DNA of 32,450 bases from Vulcanimicrobiota bacterium (GTDB taxonomy: Bacteria; Vulcanimicrobiota; Vulcanimicrobiia; Eremiobacterales; Eremiobacteraceae), in the NCBI GenBank assembly GCA_019232725.1, contig JAFANK010000368.1:1-32450 (forward strand), given 5' to 3'. A program made the position numbers and the translations under genes. Under the pieces are notes generated by a model that was given only the letters and a program-made list of their open reading frames with translations, was not told where the DNA came from and ran no database searches. Of the stretch, positions 18,184 to 26,167 are shown piece by piece (the stretch's first letter is position 1; each line of letters begins with the position of its first letter).

Positions 18184-18676
18184 GCGTTGCTGCTTCTTCC
18201 ATACGACGAGCCGCTAGCGCGATCGCCTCGATGATCTTCTCGTAGCCCGTGCAGCGGCACAAATTACCCGAGATCGCGTCGCGGATCACGGCGTTTGTGG
18301 GAACGCCTGGTCGCTCCACGAGCGCAGCCGCCGTCATCAAAAAGCCTGGCGTGCAGTACCCGCACTGCGCCGCGCCGCATTCCGCGAAGGCTTGTTGGAC
18401 AGGATGCAGTTTCGGACCGTCCGCTAAGCCTTCGACCGTGCGGATCTCGTGCTCTTGCGCTTCGATCGCGAGCGCCAAACAGCTCAATACCGGCTCGTCA
18501 TCCACCAGCACCGTGCAAGCGCCACAATGACCCATCTCGCAGCCATGCTTGGTGCCGGTCAAGTTCAGGTCTTCGCGTAGCACCTCGAGCAACGTCTTGT
18601 TGGGATGCGCCGCGCACTGCACGGCGCTGCCGTTGACGTGCAACCGCAAGAGAATTTTTTCTGGTGCAACCGTCAC
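18176..18676 (-). CDS. xanthine dehydrogenase family (2Fe-2S)-binding small subunit
   Basis: 166 aa, GTG start. It has a plant-type cluster motif (CEMGHCGACTV) and a second cluster motif (QCGYCTPGF...CRCTGY). Confidence 0.9.
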   Translation of the reverse strand: MTVAPEKILLRLHVNGSAVQCAAHPNKTLLEVLREDLNLTGTKHGCEMGHCGACTVLVDDEPVLSCLALAIEAQEHEIRTVEGLADGPKLHPVQQAFAECGAAQCGYCTPGFLMTAAALVERPGVPTNAVIRDAISGNLCRCTGYEKIIEAIALAARRMEEAATHA

Positions 18677-18734
18677 CGTTCTGGCAGCTCCTTTGTCGTT
18701 CCATTAGGAGAACGAGCGTTCAGCGGGCAGCGCG

Positions 18735-18743
18735 ATTATAGCA
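18735..18743 (-). promoter_or_regulatory. extended -10 promoter element (TGCTATAAT) upstream of the XDH-family operon
   Basis: The minus strand reads TGCTATAAT, a perfect TATAAT with an upstream TG, in an otherwise GC-rich intergenic region about 60 nt upstream of the 2Fe-2S subunit start. AAAGGAG lies between the two. No good -35 was seen. Confidence 0.45.
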
Positions 18744-18825
18744 CAGCGTGGAGCGGGCGGGTAGCCGGTCACGCGCCATCTGCCGACCGGATTCACACGC
18801 ATCGATGATCGCGTTTGCCGCAGTG

Positions 18826-18867
18826 AACGAAAAGCGATGCGGCCCGCAAGGAGCGCGAACCGCATCG
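18826..18867 (-). terminator. intrinsic terminator candidate ending the sdh / repeat-ORF transcript
   Basis: An 8-bp stem pairs CGATGCGG (18835-18842) with CCGCATCG (18860-18867), plus an inner 3-bp CGC/GCG helix. On the minus-strand RNA it is followed by CUUUUCGUU (18826-18834). Confidence 0.5.
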
Positions 18868-18952
18868 TAGTTATGACCAGCGCGAACCGCGCCAGAGCGT
18901 CAAACTCGCACCAATATGTGCGCTAGACCACAGCGCTGGATGCTAGCCCATG

Positions 18953-19147
18953 CTAGCTCCCATCGTCGTTTTGATGTTTGGCGTTGCCGTAATGATGGCC
19001 ACGGTTGACGGTGCGGTAGGTTGCCCGCTGTTGGTCAACGTCACGGTAATACGCGCGCCGATCATCTGCGTCTCGATAGTAGGCAGGTTGATCATCTGCA
19101 TCGCGATAGTACGCGGGCTGTTCCCCAGGACCGTAGCCGTTTGCCAC
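18953..19147 (-). CDS. hypothetical Tyr/Asp/Arg-rich tandem-repeat micro-protein (64 aa from GTG) or gene remnant
   Basis: The minus-strand frame encodes four degenerate decapeptide repeats: QPAYYRDADD, QPAYYRDADD, RRAYYRDVDQ, QRATYRTVNR. The same frame stays open and protein-like up to 19291 but has no canonical start upstream of the GTG at 19147. No SD was seen. Confidence 0.3.
   Translation of the reverse strand: MANGYGPGEQPAYYRDADDQPAYYRDADDRRAYYRDVDQQRATYRTVNRGHHYGNAKHQNDDGS
19001..19120 (-). repeat. 4 x 30-nt imperfect tandem repeat (coding decapeptide repeat)
   Basis: On the plus strand, atcatctgcgtctcgatagtaggcaggttg is immediately followed by atcatctgcatcgcgatagtacgcgggctg. Two more degenerate copies lie upstream. 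Confidence 0.7.
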
Positions 19148-19383
19148 GCGATATGCCCGAGCGCCGGAACCGCATGGAACGCCATAACCGTCGTATGTGC
19201 AGGGTGTGTGGCCATTGTTGCTCGTGTAGACAGTGCCATCCGGGTACGCGATGCGCCCGTCGGCGTAGATCGTGCCGCCGTCAGCAGTTTGTCAAGAGCG
19301 ACCGCGTGGTTCCCTCACGCGGGTACGGTCGCTGCCGAGAAGGTCGGCTTGCTTGCAAAACAGGCCTACCTACACCGTGCCGA

Positions 19384-20268
19384 CTAAACCTTGAGCTCGA
19401 CCTTATCGAGCGCGAGTTTCGTGTTGACGACGTGGTGATCCAGACGAAGCTCGTGCGGTGAAAACCCGAATGCCAAACCCAAAAGTTGCGGGAGATGAAA
19501 GACCGGCGTGCCGAGCGGTTCGTTGATGGCTTTTGCAGCATCCGGTTGCTGGCCGTCAAGATTGAGGTGGCACAAGGGGCACGGCGTGACCAGCAGATCC
19601 GCACCTTTGGTCTTCGCCTCTGCCAAATGCTTCCCGGCCATCTTCAGTGAGGTGTCGGCGTTGAACGTCAGCATGGGAAAACCGCAACATTTGCTCTTAC
19701 CGAAATACTCCACGGGTGTGCCGCCCAACAACTCGATGATGCGCTCGAGATACGTCGACCGTTCTGGCTTCTCGAGCAACCCGAGGTGCTCTTCAGGGCG
19801 CAAGATGTAGCATCCATAGAACGGCGCGATCGCGAGGCCGGTCAATGGCCGCTTGACGAGCGGGCGGAGCTTGTCGAGACCGATGTCTTCCACGAGCATC
19901 CACAAGAGGTGTTTGACCTTGGTGGTGCCGCGATACTGATAGCCGCTATCGGCCAGGACGCCGTTCACCCGACCGAGGAGCGCCTGGTCGGCAGCCAGCT
20001 TGTGCTGTGCGCCAGAGAGCACGCCTTGGCACGTGCTGCAGATCGTCATCAGGTCGGCGCCCTTTTGCTCGGCCATCGCGAGCGACAAGGCGTTGAGCGA
20101 GTACGCGAGCTCAGGATTTTGTTCGGTGAGGACGCCTGCGCCCGTGCATGGTGCCTCGGTGAGCTCGTGCAGCTCGAGCCCCAGCGTCGGGGCAATCTTT
20201 TGCATCGAGACATACAGCTCGGGGCAGGCACCCTTAGACACGCAGCCCGGCCAAAAAGCGACTTTCAT
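19384..20268 (-). CDS. succinate dehydrogenase/fumarate reductase CCG-domain subunit (HdrB/SdhE-like)
   Basis: The ATG at 20268 is preceded by GGAGAG, giving a 294-aa protein. It has two cysteine-rich CCG-type domains (CTGAG...CSTCQG and CCGF...PCPLCHLNLDG). It lies 19 nt downstream of sdhB. The track ORF start at 20442 lies inside sdhB. Confidence 0.8.
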   Translation of the reverse strand: MKVAFWPGCVSKGACPELYVSMQKIAPTLGLELHELTEAPCTGAGVLTEQNPELAYSLNALSLAMAEQKGADLMTICSTCQGVLSGAQHKLAADQALLGRVNGVLADSGYQYRGTTKVKHLLWMLVEDIGLDKLRPLVKRPLTGLAIAPFYGCYILRPEEHLGLLEKPERSTYLERIIELLGGTPVEYFGKSKCCGFPMLTFNADTSLKMAGKHLAEAKTKGADLLVTPCPLCHLNLDGQQPDAAKAINEPLGTPVFHLPQLLGLAFGFSPHELRLDHHVVNTKLALDKVELKV

Positions 20269-20287
20269 GCATTCTCTCCGTGCAGCA

Positions 20288-21292
20288 TCATTTGAACAAA
20301 CCGCCGACCTTTTTGAAGATATTCTTGATGCGGTCGACGCCCGGAATCTTATGGTGGATGATCGGCGGCATCTTGCCGGCGCGCAGCATGTTGAGCGCGG
20401 TCGGCAAAGCGCGCAGTTGCGCCGGGATATTGAACAAGCCAACCGATTTGGGCAAAAGCGTCAGCTCGTTGAGCCGGCCGCTGTCGCGTACCGACTCGGC
20501 AAACGCGAGGGCGTGGCGCGTGCCGGCGTTGTTGGTGAAACCTGCATCCACCGCCATGCGCCGCAGCTTGAGGATCTGATCGAGCGGTGCAACGCCTTTC
20601 GGGCACCGGTCGACGCACATGTAGCAGTGCGTGCATTCCCAAATGCCGTTCGCCTGACTGTAGTCGCCCAGGCGCTGCTTCACCGTCGCGTCGCGCGGAT
20701 CGTCAGCGTAGCGGTATGCTTTCGCGAGCGCAGCGGGGCCGAGGAAATCTGGATTGATGGCGAACGATTCGCAGTCCATCAAGCACAGGCCGCACGAGAT
20801 GCAGCTCACCTCTTGGATGAGGTTCTCCATCGCGGCGTTGGGAACGCGGTATTCCTCAAGCCCTTGCGGCACCGGTTTTTTGCCCTCGAGCCAGGGCCGC
20901 ACGCTGAGGTTCTTCTTCCAAAACGGCGTCATGTCGGACACGAGGTCGCGGATGACCGGCATGGAGGGCGGCGACTCCACACGCACTTTGCCGTCTTGGG
21001 CCACCTCACGCAACTTGGTGGTGCAGGCCAAGTTCGCTTTGCCGTTGATCCACATGCCGCAGGATCCGCAGATCGCGCTACGGCAGGCGCAGCGTACCGC
21101 TAAGCTCTCGTCTTGATATTCGCGAATAGCGATGAGGCCGTCGAGCACCATCGCCTGATCGTCAAGCTCGACTTCAAAAATCTGATACCGTTTGGCCGGC
21201 GCAGCTTCGTACGGCGGGGGGTAGCCGTGCACGTTTGGGCCGCTGGGATTTTGCGAGCGGTCGTAGCGTCCGACTTCGATGCTCCACTTCAT
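20288..21292 (-). CDS. sdhB: succinate dehydrogenase/fumarate reductase iron-sulfur subunit
   Basis: The ATG at 21292 lies 1 nt after the sdhA stop. Cluster motifs: CRSAICGSCGMWINGKANLAC (2Fe-2S), CISCGLCLMDC (4Fe-4S) and CTHCYMCVDRCP. The product is 335 aa with a C-terminal extension. Confidence 0.85.
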   Translation of the reverse strand: MKWSIEVGRYDRSQNPSGPNVHGYPPPYEAAPAKRYQIFEVELDDQAMVLDGLIAIREYQDESLAVRCACRSAICGSCGMWINGKANLACTTKLREVAQDGKVRVESPPSMPVIRDLVSDMTPFWKKNLSVRPWLEGKKPVPQGLEEYRVPNAAMENLIQEVSCISCGLCLMDCESFAINPDFLGPAALAKAYRYADDPRDATVKQRLGDYSQANGIWECTHCYMCVDRCPKGVAPLDQILKLRRMAVDAGFTNNAGTRHALAFAESVRDSGRLNELTLLPKSVGLFNIPAQLRALPTALNMLRAGKMPPIIHHKIPGVDRIKNIFKKVGGLFK

Positions 21293-21293
21293 G

Positions 21294-22973
21294 CTAGTAC
21301 GTCCGTTCCTGCGGTGGCCACTTGGTGATCGTGACCGGGAGATAGTCGATCGACGGAGGTTGGCCGTCTTGGTAGCGAAGCACGACGTGTTTGAGCCAAT
21401 CGGCATCGTTGCGCTGCGGATAGTCCGTCCGCGACTGCGCTCCCCTGCTTTCCTTGCGTGTGATCGCGCCGTGCACGGTGGCCTCGGCACAGTCGAGCAT
21501 GTAGCCAAGCTCGAGCACAAACGTCAGCGCCTGATTGTATACCCGGCTCTTGTCGCCCACAGCGACGGATTGATAGCGCCGTTTGAGCTGTTCAACGCCG
21601 GCCAGCGCTTCTTGCAATCCGGCTTCGTCGCGGTACACACCGACTTTGGCATCCATGAGCATGCCGAGCTCTAAGCGCAATCGGGCATGCGTTTCACCCG
21701 CGTAGGGTCTGGTCATGAGCGCAGCGATGCGCCGTTGCTCTGCGGCCAGGAACTCTTCGCCAGATGCGATCGCGGCCACCGTCTTCACGTACGCCGATGA
21801 TGCAAGGCCAGAGCGGCGGCCGAAGACGAGCGTGTCGAGCAAGGAATTCGCGCCGAGCCTATTGCCTCCATGGACGCTGACACATGCGCATTCACCGGCT
21901 GCGTAGAGGCCCGGGATGGGAGTCGCACCATCCGTGTCGGTCCGCACGCCGCCCATGATGTAATGCATGCCCGGCCGCACGGGAACGGGATCGGTGACCA
22001 TGTCGATGCCCAAGAAGTCGAGCGCAATCTCATGGATCTGCGGCAGCTTGCTCATGATGACGTCACGGCCCAAGTGCCGCAAGTCGAGCAGCACGTTGCC
22101 GTCGATGCCTCGACCTTCGGCGATCTCGATGGTCTCGGCGCGTGAAACGACGTCGCGCGATGCCAGCTCCATCATCTTGGGCGCATAGCGCTGCATGAAT
22201 CGCTCGCCATCGCGGTTCAAGAGATACGCACCCTCACCGCGGGCCGCCTCAGTCATGAGGAAGCCCGAGCCCTTGAGCGTGGTGGGGTGGTATTGCACCA
22301 TCTCCATATCCATGAGCGGTGCGCCCGCGCGATATGCAAGTGCGATGCCGTCCCCGGTGCAGATGAGCGCGTTCGTGCTCGGCTCGTAGACACGACCCAT
22401 CCCGCCCGACGCGATGATGACGGCCTTGGCCCGGAGCAGGTTGAGCTCGCCGGTCATCATGTCGATGCAGACGACACCGCGGCACGCACCATCGACCATG
22501 TAGAGCGCGGTCGCGAACCACTCTTCATATACTTTGACGCCGGACTTGAGAGTCTGATCGTAGAGCGTGTAGAGCAGGGCTTGCCCCGTGATGTCGCCGA
22601 CGAAGTACGTGCGAGCCTTTGATGCGCCGCCGAAGGCGCGCGTCCCGAGCTTGCCTTCATCATTGCGATAGAAGATGACGCCCATGTGCTCGAGCTCGAT
22701 GATGTCCTGGGGCGCTTCGCTCGTCATCACCTCGACCGCATCCTGGTCTGCGAGATAATCACTTCCCTTGATCGTGTCAAAGGCGTGAATCTCCCAGGAA
22801 TCGCCAGCGCCGAGGGCCGCATTGATGCCGCCCTGGGCTGCGCCGGAATGGCTGCGCACAGGGTGCACTTTTGAGACGATGGCGACGTTGACGCCGTTGC
22901 GCGCAGCTTCAAGGCCCGCGCGCATGCCGGCAAGACCTGCCCCGAGCACGACCACGTCATGGTCCAATATCAT
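21294..22973 (-). CDS. sdhA: succinate dehydrogenase/fumarate reductase flavoprotein subunit
   Basis: The ATG at 22973 gives [20 protein letters not shown] (FAD dinucleotide fold). Also present: [10 protein letters not shown] (covalent-FAD His context), HPT and [12 protein letters not shown]. Confidence 0.9.
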   Translation of the reverse strand: MILDHDVVVLGAGLAGMRAGLEAARNGVNVAIVSKVHPVRSHSGAAQGGINAALGAGDSWEIHAFDTIKGSDYLADQDAVEVMTSEAPQDIIELEHMGVIFYRNDEGKLGTRAFGGASKARTYFVGDITGQALLYTLYDQTLKSGVKVYEEWFATALYMVDGACRGVVCIDMMTGELNLLRAKAVIIASGGMGRVYEPSTNALICTGDGIALAYRAGAPLMDMEMVQYHPTTLKGSGFLMTEAARGEGAYLLNRDGERFMQRYAPKMMELASRDVVSRAETIEIAEGRGIDGNVLLDLRHLGRDVIMSKLPQIHEIALDFLGIDMVTDPVPVRPGMHYIMGGVRTDTDGATPIPGLYAAGECACVSVHGGNRLGANSLLDTLVFGRRSGLASSAYVKTVAAIASGEEFLAAEQRRIAALMTRPYAGETHARLRLELGMLMDAKVGVYRDEAGLQEALAGVEQLKRRYQSVAVGDKSRVYNQALTFVLELGYMLDCAEATVHGAITRKESRGAQSRTDYPQRNDADWLKHVVLRYQDGQPPSIDYLPVTITKWPPQERTY

Positions 22974-23119
22974 GGTCGGTGTTGTCACCTGTTGTAATCG
23001 TGGCATTGCAGGGACGCTTGTCCCAGCGCGTGCGTCTGGCCTTAGACGGCATACCGGCAAGCCCTGCGCCTGGCTGTGCCGTTTGTCGTCAGCTGCGCGC
23101 GCGCTACGCTGCTACGCTC

Positions 23120-23623
23120 TTACGGGTTTTGTGCGGAGCCGGCGAGCGGTTCTATCGCGACCTGCATGACGTCGCCGATCTTGACGCGTCGGGCCACATC
23201 CAGTCCCGATGTGACATGCCCGAATATCGTGTAATTATGGTCAAGAAAATGTGCGTCGTCCAGACAGATGTAGAACTGCGATCCAGCGGAATCTGGCGAT
23301 TGCGCTCGCGCCATCGCGACCGCGCCTGCATCATGCCGGCGGTCGTTGAACTCGGCCTTGAGGCGATATCCTGGTCCTCCCGTGCCATCTCCACGCGGAC
23401 AGCCGCCTTGAATCACAAACCCCGGCTCGACACGGTGGAAGGTGAGCCCATTATAAAATCCGTCACGCGCGAGTTTAATGAAGGACGCCACCGTGAGGGG
23501 TGCATCTTGAGGAAAGAATTGGAAGACGATGTCGCCCTGCGGTGTCGTGATCTTGGCCTGCAGCTGTTTGGCTTGCGCCGAGATACCGAGTACCTCTTGC
23601 GGCGATGGGAGTTCGCGTGCCAT
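23120..23623 (-). CDS. ppiB: cyclophilin-type peptidyl-prolyl cis-trans isomerase (cytoplasmic)
   Basis: 167 aa with FHRVEPGFVIQGGCPRGDGTGGPGY...SQFYICL...HFLDHNYTIFGHV. There is no signal peptide. Confidence 0.9.
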   Translation of the reverse strand: MARELPSPQEVLGISAQAKQLQAKITTPQGDIVFQFFPQDAPLTVASFIKLARDGFYNGLTFHRVEPGFVIQGGCPRGDGTGGPGYRLKAEFNDRRHDAGAVAMARAQSPDSAGSQFYICLDDAHFLDHNYTIFGHVTSGLDVARRVKIGDVMQVAIEPLAGSAQNP

Positions 23624-23670
23624 GGTCGCATGTTCGGTAGTTCATGGCGCGCGCCTTGTCGGCGCAGGCG

Positions 23671-23700
23671 TTGACACCGCACCCATGCGCATGATACGAT
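23671..23700 (+). promoter_or_regulatory. sigma70-like promoter (TTGACA-N18-TACGAT with TG extension)
   Basis: A perfect -35 TTGACA lies at 23671-23676 and TGATACGAT at 23692-23700, in the gap between ppiB and the small ORFs. The predicted transcription start is near 23707. Confidence 0.45.
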
Positions 23701-23751
23701 GCGTGCCTACGCCGGTAATACCGCCGGTGCATACGAAAGGAGGGCTCGTCG

Positions 23752-23847
23752 ATGAATAACGCAGTGCAGTCGCGCGTCACGGCTCTTCTCTCGTGCATGC
23801 GTGGGCTGGATCACGCACTCTCCGCCACTGCGAGGCGGCGCTTCTAG
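23752..23847 (+). CDS. 31-codon small ORF (MNNAVQSRVTALLSCMRGLDHALSATARRRF)
   Basis: A strong SD, AAAGGAGGG (23736-23744), lies 7 nt before the ATG. The ORF sits between the promoter above and the hairpin below. It is too short for the ORF track and I recognise no homology. Confidence 0.35.
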   Translation: MNNAVQSRVTALLSCMRGLDHALSATARRRF

Positions 23848-23886
23848 AAGCAACGCTGCGGCTCGACGCCGTAGACGCTGACGAGC

Positions 23887-23925
23887 AAGAAGCCCTCGCA
23901 GTCGCGGGGGCTTCTTCTCTATCGT
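23887..23925 (+). terminator. 13-bp GC-rich hairpin with pyrimidine/U-rich tail (terminator or attenuator)
   Basis: AAGAAGCCCTCGC (23887-23899) pairs with GCGGGGGCTTCTT (23904-23916), including one G-U pair and an AGTC tetraloop. It is followed by CTCTATCGT. Confidence 0.45.
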
Positions 23926-24051
23926 CTCGTGATACGTCTGGATACGCTGGCGCAATTCGACGGCTGCATCCGGATAGCATGGACCACGACATGACTGCTA
24001 CGCTCTTGTTCGACGTTGCGATGTGACAAAAGAAAGTGAGGTGAAATTGCC

Positions 24052-24270
24052 ATGCACCAATGGTCGATACGCGATGCTGCCCTGCAACGGGGTAAGGAGC
24101 TGCGCGCCGACGCCGCTCATGCGCGACTCGTCGCCCAATCGCGACGCCTTCGCGCAACACGGCGGGGCGTGTCCGGCCGGGTACGCGTCGCGCGGGCGCT
24201 GCGCGCACTTGGATACCTCCTGCTCGACGCAGGGCACTCGCTCGAACCCGACAGCTGGCGGCCGGTCTAA
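24052..24270 (+). CDS. hypothetical 72-aa Arg-rich small protein
   Basis: SD GAGGTGA (24038-24044) lies 7 nt before the ATG. The protein is MHQWSIRDAALQRGKELRADAAHARLVAQSRRLRATRRGVSGRVRVARALRALGYLLLDAG..., a basic helical N-terminal part and a short hydrophobic C-terminal segment. A canonical terminator follows. Confidence 0.5.
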   Translation: MHQWSIRDAALQRGKELRADAAHARLVAQSRRLRATRRGVSGRVRVARALRALGYLLLDAGHSLEPDSWRPV

Positions 24271-24291
24271 CAACCGGCCGCCCTGTTTTTT
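24257..24291 (+). terminator. rho-independent terminator
   Basis: A 9-bp GC stem pairs GGCGGCCGG (24257-24265) with CCGGCCGCC (24274-24282), with an 8-nt loop containing the ORF stop codon. CTG and then TTTTTT (24286-24291) follow. The T-tract overlaps the TAA of the convergent ABC gene. Confidence 0.7.
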
Positions 24292-26116
24292 AGACTGCCG
24301 CTTCTTCTCGTTCTTCGGCTGCGAAGAACTGGGCCGCATATAATGATGCATACAGCCCGTCGCGGCGCAACAGCTCTGCATGCGTGCCCGACTCCACGAT
24401 ACGGCCACCGTCCACGACATTGATGACGTCGGCTCGCAGCACCGTGGACAACCGATGTGCGACCACGAGACTCGTGCGTCCGCGCATAAGGGGCACGAGC
24501 GCCTCTTTGATCAGCCGTTCCGACGTGGAGTCGAGCGAGCTCGTGGCTTCATCGAGGATCAAGATACGCGGATCTTTGAGCAGCACGCGCGCGATCGCGA
24601 GCCGCTGGCGCTCGCCGCCGGAGAGTTTATGGCCGCGCTCACCGACAACCGTTTTGAGCCCGTCGGGCAAACGGCTGATGACATCACTCAGATTCGCAGC
24701 CGCACAGGCGTCAAGCAGCTGTGCGTCGCTGGCGCCGGGATTGCCGTACCGTAGATTGTCTGCGATCGTGGCGTGGAAAAGATATGTCTCTTGCGTGACG
24801 ATGCCGATGCTGCGGCGCAGTGATGCGAGCGTATAGTCGCGGACGTCGTGCTCATCAACGATGACGTGACCGTGCTGTGGATCGTAGAAGCGCGGCACCA
24901 GCTGCATGATGGTCGTCTTGCCGGCACCGCTTGGACCCACGAATGCGATGAGTTGCCCTGCGCCGGCACGGAACGACACCCCGTTCAGCACCGGTCGATC
25001 CGCTGCGTAGCCAAAGTGCACGTCGTCGAAAACAATCTGACCTTTGGGCGCGTCGAGCTCGATCGCGTCGGGCAGTTGCGGTGCTTCCGGTGGCATGTCG
25101 AGGTAATCGAAGATGCGCTCGAAGACGGCGAAGGCGCTTACCAGCTGCAGCTGGACGCCGACGAGCGCCGAAGCGGGACCGTATAGCCGCGCGAGATACG
25201 CCACAAACGCGACGATCGTTCCGACGCCCAGTCCGGATGTGATGGCAAGATAGCCACCGGTCAGCCAGACGATGGCTGGTCCGACGACGACGAGCGCGCC
25301 GATGAGCGCTATGAACCAGCGGCCGACCATCGCAAGTTTGATCTCAAGGTGCATGAGCTCGGTACCGGTGGTGTGAAAGCGTGCCGCTTCTTCGCGCTCG
25401 CGCACGAACGATTTCATGAGCGTGATGCCGGAAAGTGAGAGCGTCTCTTGGAGCAAGCTCTCGATACGGTCGCGCTGCTCGCGCGTGCGTTTGCGGATCC
25501 GGTACATGGCCCGGCCCACGGGAGCAAGCGGGATCACCATGAACGGCACGACCACCATGGACACGAGCGCCAGACGCCAATCCAGCCAGAAGATCGCGAC
25601 CACGGTGGTGACGATCACGGCGACATTGGTGACGATCGTGACCAGCGTGCCGGTGACGACGTTGTCGATCGCGTCCACGTCGCTCGACACACGGTTCATG
25701 ATCTCGCCCGTCTTGGTCGAGGTGAAGAACGCGAGTGACATGCCGTGCAGATGCTGCACGAGAGCATCGCGCATATCGCGCATGATACCTTCGCCGACGG
25801 CCGCGTTGAGGTAGCCCTGCCAGGCGCCGATGCCACTTGCGACCAGCGCTGACAGCACCATGCCGGCGACGAAGAGTGCGAGCGCATGGAGATTCTTACC
25901 AACGATCGCGCCGTCGATGATCCATTTTGTGAAGAGCGGTGGCAGTTGCCCGAGCGAGCTGGTCACCACGATCGCAAGCATGATGAGCGCGACCTGCCGC
26001 CAGTACGGCATGAAGTAGCGCGCGATACGCCGCCCGTCAATGCGCCGTGGCGGCTTGCCATCCGGGTTGAGATGCATCGAGTGCAGGATGCCGATAGGAG
26101 AGCCGGTGATCATCAC
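24290..26116 (-). CDS. ABC exporter, fused permease/ATP-binding protein (MsbA/type I exporter-like)
   Basis: 608 aa. It has an N-terminal 6-TM domain, then Walker A GPSGAGKTT, signature LSGGERQRLAIARVLL and Walker B ILILDEATSSLD. Confidence 0.9.
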   Translation of the reverse strand: MMITGSPIGILHSMHLNPDGKPPRRIDGRRIARYFMPYWRQVALIMLAIVVTSSLGQLPPLFTKWIIDGAIVGKNLHALALFVAGMVLSALVASGIGAWQGYLNAAVGEGIMRDMRDALVQHLHGMSLAFFTSTKTGEIMNRVSSDVDAIDNVVTGTLVTIVTNVAVIVTTVVAIFWLDWRLALVSMVVVPFMVIPLAPVGRAMYRIRKRTREQRDRIESLLQETLSLSGITLMKSFVREREEAARFHTTGTELMHLEIKLAMVGRWFIALIGALVVVGPAIVWLTGGYLAITSGLGVGTIVAFVAYLARLYGPASALVGVQLQLVSAFAVFERIFDYLDMPPEAPQLPDAIELDAPKGQIVFDDVHFGYAADRPVLNGVSFRAGAGQLIAFVGPSGAGKTTIMQLVPRFYDPQHGHVIVDEHDVRDYTLASLRRSIGIVTQETYLFHATIADNLRYGNPGASDAQLLDACAAANLSDVISRLPDGLKTVVGERGHKLSGGERQRLAIARVLLKDPRILILDEATSSLDSTSERLIKEALVPLMRGRTSLVVAHRLSTVLRADVINVVDGGRIVESGTHAELLRRDGLYASLYAAQFFAAEEREEAAV

Positions 26117-26167
26117 CGTCTACTTGGCGAGCGTCGCTGGTTTTCCCCACGCCCGCTGGGCGCACCA

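Noticed and set aside
18852-18890. Two copies of AGCGCGAACCGC (GCGGTTCGCGCT on the minus strand), which resemble a tRNA T-arm
   Set aside because: No A58-type T-loop, acceptor stem or anticodon arm can be built. One copy is simply part of the terminator hairpin loop and stem.
19001-19120. Tandem 30-nt repeats considered as a CRISPR array or VNTR
   Set aside because: The repeats are contiguous with no spacers. They are degenerate in a way that preserves a decapeptide reading frame, and no cas genes are present.
18950-19387. 145-aa + strand ORF opposite the repeat micro-ORF
   Set aside because: It has no SD and runs into the 3' end of the CCG-subunit gene. Its hydrophobic, Val/Ile-rich product is what the antisense of a Tyr/Asp-rich frame would give. 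The minus-strand frame looks more protein-like, though it is itself uncertain.
20269-20442. N-terminal extensions of ORF-track starts: CCG subunit 20269-20442, sdhB 21293-21520, sdhA 22974-23060, esterase 27056-27169 and dehydratase 31130-31309
   Set aside because: The extensions overlap the upstream gene or are Arg/Cys/Ser-rich and not protein-like. Internal ATG or GTG starts sit 1-20 nt after the upstream stop and restore the canonical family N-termini.
20000-21103. 367-aa + strand ORF across the sdhB and CCG-subunit genes
   Set aside because: It is an antisense shadow ORF spanning two well-supported genes and their junction. It has no motifs.
23793-24026. 77-aa + strand ORF spanning the 23887-23916 hairpin
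   Set aside because: It has no SD and starts inside the 31-codon sORF in another frame. It reads through a strong hairpin and its composition is unremarkable.
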